The position numbers were made by a program, and so were the translations under genes. 64,000 nucleotides of DNA from a virus. The notes below the pieces were generated by a model that was not told the origin of the DNA, made no database searches, and was given only the letters and a program-made list of their open reading frames with translations. Positions 1-9,564 of this stretch are shown one piece after another. Every line of letters starts with the position of its first letter. Positions within the stretch are counted from its first letter, which is position 1. The stretch is taken from IMG/VR virus record IMGVR_UViG_3300042691_029560, positions 28,714-92,713 of that record; one strand, written 5' to 3'.

Positions 1-3000
1 AGTTCATTCGGCTGGGTTGAAGCTGTGATTGACTCTGAAGTAGAAGCAACGTGTTGCTTGTGCCACTTCTCTGGGATTAGATCTGTTTTGCCAAGAGCCT
101 TAGCACGACGCATAATGTGGCGACGAACCTTGTTTCTTTCAGATTCTTTTGCACGGCCGAATGCTTGAATAGCATTCTTCAGATCCTCTTCATTACGAAT
201 AGGATATGCTCCGTCTGGAAGAGCCTGACGCTTCTTTACGGCTGCATCGCGCTCTGCCTTGGTAATAGCAAAGTTGTCAACGTAACCATAAACCTTGTTT
301 GACAATTCAGCACTCCTGGCGGAAAGAACAGCTGCTCTTTCGCTACGGAATGCGTCAAACCTAGCTTTAGCTGCGGCAACCTGAGCATCTGGACCATAAA
401 GTTCAGAAGCTTTTAGTTCAGCTAGAGGGCGAGCACCAGCTGCAACAAGGGCCATTACAGCACCTGATGCGACACGGGCACGGGCGATTGGGAAGCCAGG
501 AACATTAACCTGGCAGACAGCTACAAGCTCAAGTGAGCCACGGATTGGACGCCAGTCACCTGAAGGAGCAGATGCACGAAGTGCACGTACTTGCTCAGGG
601 GTTGCGGATGGGCGAAGTCCACCGGCGACCCAGATACCATGTGCATCTTCTCCGGCATGTACGTCAGCAATTGCTGATGCAGTGTCGTCGTAGTGCTTAA
701 CGGCGTCTAGTGCGCTAGCTTCTAGTGGGGCATGGCCTCCCGCAAGCGTGAGTTGACCTACTGGTACATCCTTACCATTGGCAGTGCGAACAACGCCAGT
801 GTGGAAGTAAGAGTAGTTACTCTTGCTACGGGGAGGTTTGGTGCCGGCTACCAAACCGATATGATCAACGTTCCAAGCTGCAATGTGACCAAAGACTCTA
901 CCATCGTCAGTAACGGTGATAGGGGTAGGTTTACTTAGCTTAGGATTGTTAAACCATTCAGCAGGTGGCACAACCGGGATAGCTCCAGCAACTACAGCGC
1001 ATGCAACAAGCGATGCTGATTCTGGAGAATCCAGGTCTTCGGCATAAATTCCATCTTTTGGAATCATACTTTCCTCCTGGGGGTTTGCTTCCTCTAATAG
1101 GAAGATCTTGCATTCTTGGAACGCGGGCTTTGGCACCATAGTGATTGCCATTACCCGAGCTTTGTTGATAGTGAGTTTGTCTCCACCAACTTTTTTGTCG
1201 TCATCGATATCGATGTCGTTCTCAGTCTTAGCTTTAGAGTCCGATTTCTTTTTCTCTTCTTCAGCTTCAAACTGATCCATATCGGCTGATACGCCACGGA
1301 TAAATCCGTTGCGAACCAGACGTTCGGCTTCACGCCCGTACTCGCCGGTATCAAATACGCCAAACGCGTTTCCAATACCTTCTTCTGTACGCTCCATTCG
1401 GTCAATACGACCGACTACGACGGACCCATTGTGTCCATCTGAAGTTCTAACTTGCCACAGCAAAGGAAGTGGCAGCTCACGCATAGTTATAGAACCTTTA
1501 CGGAAAGTACGCCCGTCTCCAGTCTCTTTTCCTTCAGGAATAACTAGCGGAATTCTAAATGATGACCCACTTCCGCCCGCTACTAAAGGAGCAGCCGCAA
1601 GAAGTCCAAGTCTTTGTTTAGCGTTGTTTGATCGGGCTAAAAGTTCTAACGAGTTTATAACCATCTCGCTTGATTTAATGACATCGCTACTAAACATAGC
1701 TTTGTTACCGCCACGGCCTTTTCTACCATACATCTCTCTATGACGCTTGTCTCCGGTCCACATGCCAGTCATTTCTTTGTGGCGTAGAGCACAGTAACCT
1801 TTAGCACGTGGGCCTAGGTATTTTTCAAGTTGTCTTACGCAACGAGTCCAGTCACCCTTGGTGTTCCATCTAATCTTTAGACCACCCTTACCAACAGTCC
1901 AGTAGCGGCGTAATTCTTCTGCGTTACCACGGTTGCGATCTAAGCCACCGGCTGCAACAAGAATTTCTTCTCTAGGACCCCAAAGAACCATCATCTCGTA
2001 TTGAAGATACGCTGCAGAGGCAGTGATTCCATCTACTTGCTTTAGAACATCATTTAAAGTTGCGGAATCAAGTGGGACTACAGGTGGTGGAGTTGCTGAC
2101 TTAAGATCAGAAAGAGTTTTTTCGTCACGAACCCACTTCTTATCTAAACGACGGTAAATCATAGGAGCCGTAGACGTTGAGCTAGCTGGCACCATACTTA
2201 CAAGATCTAGCACAGCCTGAGGGTCGTCCGGAGCAACAATAGCAAAATATAGAGGCTGAACGTCAGAAGTTTCAGGAGTTAGCTGGACTGGCTTTCCTGG
2301 ATCTTTTGGGGTTGGACTACTTTTAGGTGCGCCTTCTGGCTTAGCCTCGTCTTTTTGAGTTTCTGTTACCGCATCAGTTGCAGGCTTTTGAGCTTCAGCT
2401 ATTTCAGCTGGAGTATTAGGTGCTGCAACCATTGCAGAAGCAACAACAGGAGATGCCCAGTTATTGTCAGTCTCTGGTTGCATCTCATCGCGTTGTTTTG
2501 AAGCACGCCACTTTTTTAGAAGCGGGTGATCATAAGATTCTATTCGCTCTTCTTTTTCATCTCCAGCACTTGTCATAGGAGTTTTGTAGTCTCCTGGAGA
2601 ATAAGAAGCACGTTGGCTTTGTACCCAAGCCGGGAAGTCATAAAGAACTTGGTGTAGATCTTCCTTAGTCATTGCAGGAAGTGTGCCAGAAATTCTAGCG
2701 TTTGGTCTATCTATTGGAGTACGAGGTTCACCAAGAATTCCAGAAGTATCTAGGGGACCTTCAAGTATTTCTTGTGGAGGTAGCCCAGATTCGGCTCTCT
2801 TTCTTTGCTCTTCTAGACTAATTCCCCCAGGCTTACCTTTGGAAGCTTCAGCACCCTGAGGTGTTGCACCTTGCTGTCCTGGTGCAACACTTTGCTTTCC
2901 AGCAGTAGTTTTTCCAGTATTGCCTTTGCTACCAAATCTTCCACCAGCAGCCCTAGGTTGTTTTGCAACATTTGCCGAACGTTCTTTTGAAGTATAGCCA

Positions 3001-4004
3001 GGCGTACCCATACCGCCTTCTCCAGCAGCAACCATACCAAGATCAATCATCTCCCAGTCTTCTTCTGGAATTGATCGGGCAGCTAGCATAGCTTCGTCTT
3101 TATCTAGGTCAAAAACAGAAACTTTTCCATAAGGACTACTTGCAAGTCTTGCTGCCATCAGTACAGCAGACGAAGGATCTATTAATATATGACTTTTTTC
3201 TATGCCGTCATCTTCAAAGTCAAGCTGCTCGTCATAGTCCCAAACATCGTGGTCAACATTACCCATGTCATCCCAGCAGTCGTTATCCCAAACGTAGACT
3301 TGCCCATCAATGTCAACTTTGTATAGACGATCTAATCCAGACCCATCCAAACAAACTCTAGCCATAAATTCTGGGCCATAATTTTCTTCCAAGTCAAAAG
3401 CATTTTTAAATGGATCAACTGGATTTTGAGACATTAAGTATCCATCAGCTTTCATAGCTTTAGGATCTGCGTGCTCTACAATGTCAGCGGCCCAACGCCA
3501 AGCGGAATCCCCGCCCCACAGCGCCCACGCTATTCGTCCGTTAGAAGGGAAGTTGTCTTGGCCAGGCTTCCAACCCTTACCCTTTTTGTCAACTTCGTGA
3601 CGCGGGAAATATTTTGCTATATGGCGGACTTTTTGTAGACCTATCTGTCCGCCGCGAGCCAAGATACGAGCAGTGTTAAGGCCAACAGGAGTGCCGCCAC
3701 GCTTGTGCTCTTTACGCCACTCAAGTGCTTTTTTAGCTTCAGCCTGAGCAGCTTTAGGAATTGTATACATACGTCCAGCAGCAGCTGTTATAGATTTTGC
3801 ATCTAAAGTTTGGAGTGCTATATTAGCAAGAGATGCTTCATTTGAGTAAAGATTCCGATCGGCTTTTTCCCATTTTCTAGAAGAAAATAACTCCTCGGGA
3901 ACACCTGACTCAACAACCATGTTGAAGTCAGTATCGACAACTACACCATGATGGTCGCTCGTAAATAGGAGCTGAGACCCAGATTGGCCGATTAATGTGA
4001 TCAT
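1..4004 (-). CDS. Capsid maturation (prohead) protease, multidomain, >1330 aa; 3' end lies beyond the window
   Basis: Not in the ORF track (no stop in window). Manual translation from ATG 4004 (MITLIGQSG...) is in the same frame wherever I checked down to base 1. Actinophage protease motifs LPLLWQ..SDGHNGSVVVGRID..GVSADMD..TMVPKPAF and GRVFGHIAAW..SGDWRPI..QVNVPGFP; accessory head motifs GRIAWALWGGD, GDWTRCVRQL..GYCALRH, YPIRNEEDLKNAIQAFGRA. Confidence 0.85.
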   Translation of the reverse strand, partial: MITLIGQSGSQLLFTSDHHGVVVDTDFNMVVESGVPEELFSSRKWEKADRNLYSNEASLANIALQTLDAKSITAAAGRMYTIPKAAQAEAKKALEWRKEHKRGGTPVGLNTARILARGGQIGLQKVRHIAKYFPRHEVDKKGKGWKPGQDNFPSNGRIAWALWGGDSAWRWAADIVEHADPKAMKADGYLMSQNPVDPFKNAFDLEENYGPEFMARVCLDGSGLDRLYKVDIDGQVYVWDNDCWDDMGNVDHDVWDYDEQLDFEDDGIEKSHILIDPSSAVLMAARLASSPYGKVSVFDLDKDEAMLAARSIPEEDWEMIDLGMVAAGEGGMGTPGYTSKERSANVAKQPRAAGGRFGSKGNTGKTTAGKQSVAPGQQGATPQGAEASKGKPGGISLEEQRKRAESGLPPQEILEGPLDTSGILGEPRTPIDRPNARISGTLPAMTKEDLHQVLYDFPAWVQSQRASYSPGDYKTPMTSAGDEKEERIESYDHPLLKKWRASKQRDEMQPETDNNWASPVVASAMVAAPNTPAEIAEAQKPATDAVTETQKDEAKPEGAPKSSPTPKDPGKPVQLTPETSDVQPLYFAIVAPDDPQAVLDLVSMVPASSTSTAPMIYRRLDKKWVRDEKTLSDLKSATPPPVVPLDSATLNDVLKQVDGITASAAYLQYEMMVLWGPREEILVAAGGLDRNRGNAEELRRYWTVGKGGLKIRWNTKGDWTRCVRQLEKYLGPRAKGYCALRHKEMTGMWTGDKRHREMYGRKGRGGNKAMFSSDVIKSSEMVINSLELLARSNNAKQRLGLLAAAPLVAGGSGSSFRIPLVIPEGKETGDGRTFRKGSITMRELPLPLLWQVRTSDGHNGSVVVGRIDRMERTEEGIGNAFGVFDTGEYGREAERLVRNGFIRGVSADMDQFEAEEEKKKSDSKAKTENDIDIDDDKKVGGDKLTINKARVMAITMVPKPAFQECKIFLLEEANPQEESMIPKDGIYAEDLDSPESASLVACAVVAGAIPVVPPAEWFNNPKLSKPTPITVTDDGRVFGHIAAWNVDHIGLVAGTKPPRSKSNYSYFHTGVVRTANGKDVPVGQLTLAGGHAPLEASALDAVKHYDDTASAIADVHAGEDAHGIWVAGGLRPSATPEQVRALRASAPSGDWRPIRGSLELVAVCQVNVPGFPIARARVASGAVMALVAAGARPLAELKASELYGPDAQVAAAKARFDAFRSERAAVLSARSAELSNKVYGYVDNFAITKAERDAAVKKRQALPDGAYPIRNEEDLKNAIQAFGRAKESERNKVRRHIMRRAKALGKTDLIPEKWHKQHVASTSESITASTQPNE

Positions 4005-4063
4005 CTAAAAGTCCTGCTGTTGATAGTATTTATATTTATTGTACACTTCTATTGTAAAAGTGA

Positions 4064-4234
4064 CTATTCTGGTTTACCACGGTAGACGCCGTTTTCATCA
4101 ACTTCATCGGAGTCGTCTTCATAATCCGGAACCGGATTTCCAATGATTCTAGCCATAAGAGCCCAGTATTCTGGGTCATCTTCTGTGTATTGCTTAGGCA
4201 TATCTGGGTCTTCTGGCATTTCTTTTTCAGCCAT
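4064..4234 (-). CDS. 56-aa acidic hypothetical protein
   Basis: ATG 2 nt after the upstream stop, preceded by GAGGAG; MAEKEMPEDPDMPKQYTEDDPEYWALMARIIGNPVPDYEDDSDEVDENGVYRGKPE. Confidence 0.7.
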   Translation of the reverse strand: MAEKEMPEDPDMPKQYTEDDPEYWALMARIIGNPVPDYEDDSDEVDENGVYRGKPE

Positions 4235-4236
4235 TT

Positions 4237-7200
4237 TTACTCCTCATCTTTGGATTCATCAGTAGATTTTTGAACAGCGTTTCCAATACTATATCCGTCC
4301 AGAGGGCTCCAGTCTCCGAGCTCTGTCCCAAGAATATAGTCTACAGCTTTTTGAGCCTGGCTAGTTGCGCTAATGATCTCATCTGGGTTAGATTTTAGGT
4401 GCTTTAGCCAACTTTGAACGTAAGCTGCACTATTATCAAATACTGCATCAACGCCAAACATATTACCTAGAAGAGCGGCTCCAATTTCAGCAATAAGTTC
4501 TTCTCTAGCTCTGGACTCTAGATCTGTTTCATAGTCTTTAGTTAGATCTGATCTATCTAAGCGATTTGGATGACCAGTGCTGTGTACCAGCTCATGGGCA
4601 ATGGTATCAAACAGATCTTCAGGAGATTCAAACTGCTCTAGATTAGGAAGGGTCACTTGGTCAGAGATAGTTCCCCAGCTTGGTGCTTGGTGAGCACCGC
4701 CAACTCCAACGTACTTGTGAGTGACGTTAGGTGCTTTTCCAGTTCTAGCGGCCATAGCTTTCTTGTATCTTTCAACAATAAACTCTTGTGCATCCAGTGG
4801 AGTCATCTTAGGAAGAGATTCTGTAGAAAGATCAGGCAAGTTTAGACCATCAATCTGTTCAGCATTGAATACTGCCATAGCTTTGAACATGGTGAATGAT
4901 CTAGTCTTATTTGGGTCTTTCTCATCCTTTTGGACTATACGCATAGGAACAAGAATGAATGTACCCTTCTCACCCTTACGGACTTGACCACCCATCTGCT
5001 CTGCCTGCTTATAGGTCATCCATCTAGGATCGCTGTACCCGTTTTCTTCTTGAGCAAATCTAAGTGCCATTGCGTTAACACCAGAGTAGATATGCTTAGA
5101 AGATGGGTTTCTAGGCAGACCCATACCAGCGTACTTTTCGCCTTCTTTATAAGGTTTACGCCAAGGAGTCTCGCCCTGCTTAATCTTTTCAAACAGGCCG
5201 GCCATAACTTTTTCTGTGGCAGTTTTGCTGTCAGAAACGACTTTCTTACCAGTACGACTCTTACCACCAGGCTTTTGAGCAAAGCCAGTTATTTCTGGGT
5301 TTTCATCAGATCCCGGGGTTCCAGGCGGATAAGCAGAAGGAGCATCCTCTGGTCTTAAGTTCGTGTCAGGGTTCCAGCTACGTGGGCCAGGATATCCTGG
5401 AACACCAGCCTGCTCCATCATGTCAACAGAGCTGTTAATCCATGGAGGAAGAACATCATTACCTAGTACAAAATCTACAGCTATCTCTGCTTCGGCCATA
5501 GCTTTAGTTATTTCAGCGTCACTTAAGCGGTGAGATTTTAGGTACTCAGCTGTTCTATTTGGATCATGGTTAATTCCTAGACGCTGTAGTAACAGCTGTG
5601 ATGCAATTTCAGCCACAGCTTCTTCCCTAGCTCTTTGCGGATCGGTAACACCTCTTCCAGCAAGATGGCCTTCTCTTCCAAGTCTACGTCTAGTTCCGCT
5701 AGCATGGGCAAGTTCGTGGAATAGACTGTATAGATAATCCTCCGGACTATCGTACTTACTTCTATCCGGAAGCCTAATTGATTCAACACCTTCACTTACA
5801 GACCAGAATGGAGTTATAGGTTTTCCTTTATTAGGTCCTTCTTTTGTCTCAATACCAATCAGATCTTCGTAGACCTTTAGTCTTCCAGATCCACCACGCT
5901 TCTTTTCAGCTTCAGCAAATCTACCAAGAACGAATTCCAAAGCCTGAGAAGCTGTCATTTTTTGCTGCTGCTTAGGGTTGTATGGCTCTAATCCATCCAT
6001 CTGAGCTGCGTTAAACACAGTCACAGGAGTCTGAACAAGTACACGTTCTCCGGTATCCTCGTTTTCAATAGTGCGGAATGTCATAATCCGAACACCCTGC
6101 TCACCATCACGTATCTTTGCGCCCATTTTTTTAGCCTGAGCTACAGACATCCATCTTGGATCTGTATATCCTCTCTCGGCTGCAGCTGCGGCAAGTGCGT
6201 GGTGGTTTATACCACTGTATTGGTGCTCTGAAGATGGGTTGAATGGCATGTTGCTAGGATTAACCGGAGCAGACATTGGGTCTTCAGCAGGATACTCAGA
6301 GTATGGTTTGTCGTAATCACCTGTACGATATGGCCTAGGGTTTTTAATACGCTCACGGAAAATGTCAAGCATCTTGGCTGCAGCTGATTTATTATCAGCT
6401 ACGGCTTTAGCTTTCTTTTCTTCAAAAGTTTTAGCTGGAACGGTTTCAGATGGAAGCGTTTGAGCAAAGCCATCTACATCTTCACCGCCCCTAATTTTGT
6501 CATCTTTTAGTGCAGCGTCTGCAGCATCTAAATTATCAGTAAAGTCTTTAGCAACCTTATCAACGGTAGGAGCTTCAATAGCTTTTGGAGTAGCTGGTTT
6601 CTTTGGCTTTAGATCTTCTGGGTGATTTTTCTTCCAACGATCTTTAGCAATTCTTGCAGCAAGTTTTGCTTTCTTAATTGCAGCAGATAGCTCAGAGATA
6701 GCAGCCATCTTCTCTTCAACGCCCTTAGACTTCTTCAAGTTGTCGATAGCTTTTTGTAGATCGGCTTTGACGTAACGCATGTTGTTTACGAATTCGCCGA
6801 CGTTGTTTACATCTTCACGAACCTTGGAGGTCTTACCCTTCCATTCGTCAAATAGACCTAGGGCGTTGCTTAGCGAAGCTATAGCCTCTAAAATACGGTG
6901 AGGACGCTTAGGTTGTTTTCCACCAAGCTGAGCAAATCCAGCTTCATCTACTCCAGCAGGAAGTATTTGAGTGTTTTTACCTGGAGTTTGTGCAAAACCT
7001 ACGTTATCTGACTTAGTGTTGTCAGGGGTCTCTACTAGGTCGAGCTCTACAGTTAAGTTTCCATTTGAATCTTCTTTAACTGAAGTAACCTTAAATTTTG
7101 AATTTCTTGGTAATATAACTTCATCTTCAGCGTATCTAGATAATGCAGACCCCATAGAATATCCGGTTAATTTAGATCCTTTAGGCGAAAGTGCATATGT

Positions 7201-9557
7201 TATTGATTTGCCAGTAAGTCGATTTCCGGTGAGTGCCTGTACAGGATTTACAAATAAATCAATCGAGTTTAAATCTGTAGAAGTTGACATAAAGCCAGGG
7301 TCAATAAATTCAGCTCCAGGGACTAAAGCCTTTTTAGCTTTTTCAAAGTCATCTAGTCCCCTACGAGATTCACCAAGTGTAACTACTTTTCCATCACTAA
7401 AAAACTCTCCTCTAAACAATCTAGAAGCTATTAGGGGATTTTTTGAAGTTAAAGAGTCTAGCCCACGGACTACAGATTCTTGATCTTTAGGAACAGGTGT
7501 ACCAGTCCTTAATGCTTTATTTATAGGTATATAAGCTGCACGAGTGCTATATTTTCTAGCAGCACTTGACTCATCTTTTGTAATAACATCTTTTGAAGAT
7601 AAGCCTTTAGACAGATCTGCTGGTGGAGTAAATGTAGATTTTCTAGCTTTAAGTTGTCGCCAATCAAAATCTCCGGACTTCATTTTAAAGAAATCGTTGT
7701 CAGATAGGAAATAGTATCCAGCCTGAATTACGTCAAACGTATCTGCATTTTCTTCATCTTCTTCATCAGCATCTTCATCAAAAATAGATTCGTTTAGACT
7801 AATACGATACAGTCCAGTGTTAGAGTCGGATGGATTTCCGGTTACTTGATCAAGAGTAATTCCTGTAAACTCTGCTTCATCACTTCCAAGAACTTCTTTA
7901 CCGGGTTCTGCATACCTGCTAGTTACTGATCTATTCAAATCCTGAAATCCTAGGGGAAGAGTGTCACTGTCAATAGACACATTAAACTTAGTCTTGTCCC
8001 CACGTTTTAAAGTTTTATTTTCCAGTGTTACTGTTCTGCTACCGTCTGAAGACTCTACAGACTTTCTAGAAGACTCTAATTTTTTATCTTCTTCGGCAGC
8101 TTGCTCACGTAGTTTTTGTCGTAAATCCTCTCTAGCTGCTTGTAATTTTAAAAATTTTGAACTATTTGTATATTCTCTAGTGTCTTCATAAGACACGTAA
8201 TCATCAATTTCAGCACCTTCAAAAGGTTTTTTTGGATCAGCATTAAGCCTTTTTTCTAAAGATTCTTTAGTTACAATTGCATATTCCGGAGCTATTCGCT
8301 CTGCTTCAACAGCTTCCCACCCAATATCATCTCCCTCTTGCATCTCGTATTCTTCTTTAGACAATCCATTTTCATCTAATTCAACAGGGTAGTCGTTATC
8401 TTTAAATTCTTCGGTTCTAAAAATAAATTTATCTTTGTCTTCTTCTTTACCAGTGATGTCAAATAAAGTTACTCCAGTGTACCTAGATGGAAATCTTTCT
8501 AGCCTAGGTTCTTCACCAAAACCAATATCGTCACCGAGATAGTCTGTGAATCCAGTGACTCCCTCAAAATGTTTTTCATAATCATCTAGCCCGGTGCCCG
8601 ACTCATAAGATCTGTCAAGTGGATACCAATCTCCTGGATTAATTTTGTTTCCGGAAGATAGAGTTATAGGAGTGTCTCCAAATACATCTCCCTGTACCTT
8701 GTTAAATCCAGGTTTTCTAGGTTTAGAAAATTTTCCTTCTTTTTGAGCAAAGCCGTCGTAATCAACGGTGTCGAACTCAGCGGTTCTAAGCATGATTTGA
8801 CGTTCAGCTTCTTTAAAAGCTTCACTTGCGTCAATTCCAAGATCTACTTTTTCTTTAGGCTTGTCGCTAAAAGTAGCGGTAAATCTGCCACCCTTTTCCA
8901 AAATGTCGGTGACTAGACCGTTTTCCTCACGAGTCCAACGACTAATGTCTTTTTTAGCGTCTTTCTCTGTAGTAGCATCTACAAACTTACGTTCCGCCGC
9001 TGTTTCATTGAACTTGCCGGCTCTTTCAGATCCAGCTGCTTGTGCAAATCCTTCAGAGTCTTCTGGAAGAAGCTCAGAATCAAAAAATACATCTCTCGGC
9101 AAGATAGTATCTTGATTTTCAGCAATTTTATCTAGCTTTTCTCTAGGAGCTACATATTTTCCGACTCTTCGAAGTTGAGTCTCATTTCCCGGAGAATCTT
9201 GAGAATTTACAATTCTTACTGGGACATACTCGACTCCGGCTTTACGAGCCGCGGCTAGTCTATGGTTACCTTCAGTAATAAATGCTTTACCATTTTTAGG
9301 GTTGAGCACTACTATAATTGGCTCTTTAAAGCCGATGCCTTCTTCTAGATCTTTGGCAATGCTGTCTACCGTACTCTGCTCACGAATCTCATTACCTTCA
9401 GCTCCAATTAGAGCTTTGGTATTTACGTACTGAACTACCGATTTTCCATCAGATTTATAATCTTGTAGGTTAGGATTATACTTTTTACTGTATTCAGCAT
9501 CTACCTCTGTACTAGGTGTCTGTGAGAACCCACGGTCCCCCTTTTCGGGGGTTACGC
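4237..9557 (-). CDS. Polyvalent-protein-like frame: ParB/Srx-like domain, ADP-ribosyltransferase, two ArdC-like (ssDNA-binding + HExxH) domains; probably expressed as a -1 frameshift extension of 9552-19577
   Basis: Frame stays open ~250 nt upstream of the tracked GTG 9309, with no ATG, to the slippery site. ParB motif GFKEPIIV..ITEGNHRLAAA; ART motifs LFRG / GFMSTS / EDEVILPRNSKF; ArdC motifs YSGxN..WM(S/T)xxQA..GE(Q/K)G..VFNAxQ with HELAH and HELVH. Confidence 0.85.
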
Positions 9558-9564
9558 TTTTGGG
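9537..9564 (-). other. Programmed -1 ribosomal frameshift signal
   Basis: In-frame X XXY YYZ heptamer C CCA AAA (9564-9558), spacer GCGTAA containing the 0-frame stop, then hairpin CCCCC-GAAAA-GGGGG (9551-9537); the downstream ORF is in the -1 frame. Confidence 0.85.

Noticed and set aside
117-3361. Short track ORFs in 1-4 kb
   Set aside because: Antisense or out-of-frame shadows of the long protease ORF.
9307-9309. GTG start of the 1690-aa ORF
   Set aside because: It falls mid-ParB domain without an RBS; the frame is open back to the slippery site.
9537-9551. Hairpin as an intrinsic terminator
   Set aside because: No U-tract follows on the coding strand; spacing fits a frameshift stimulator.
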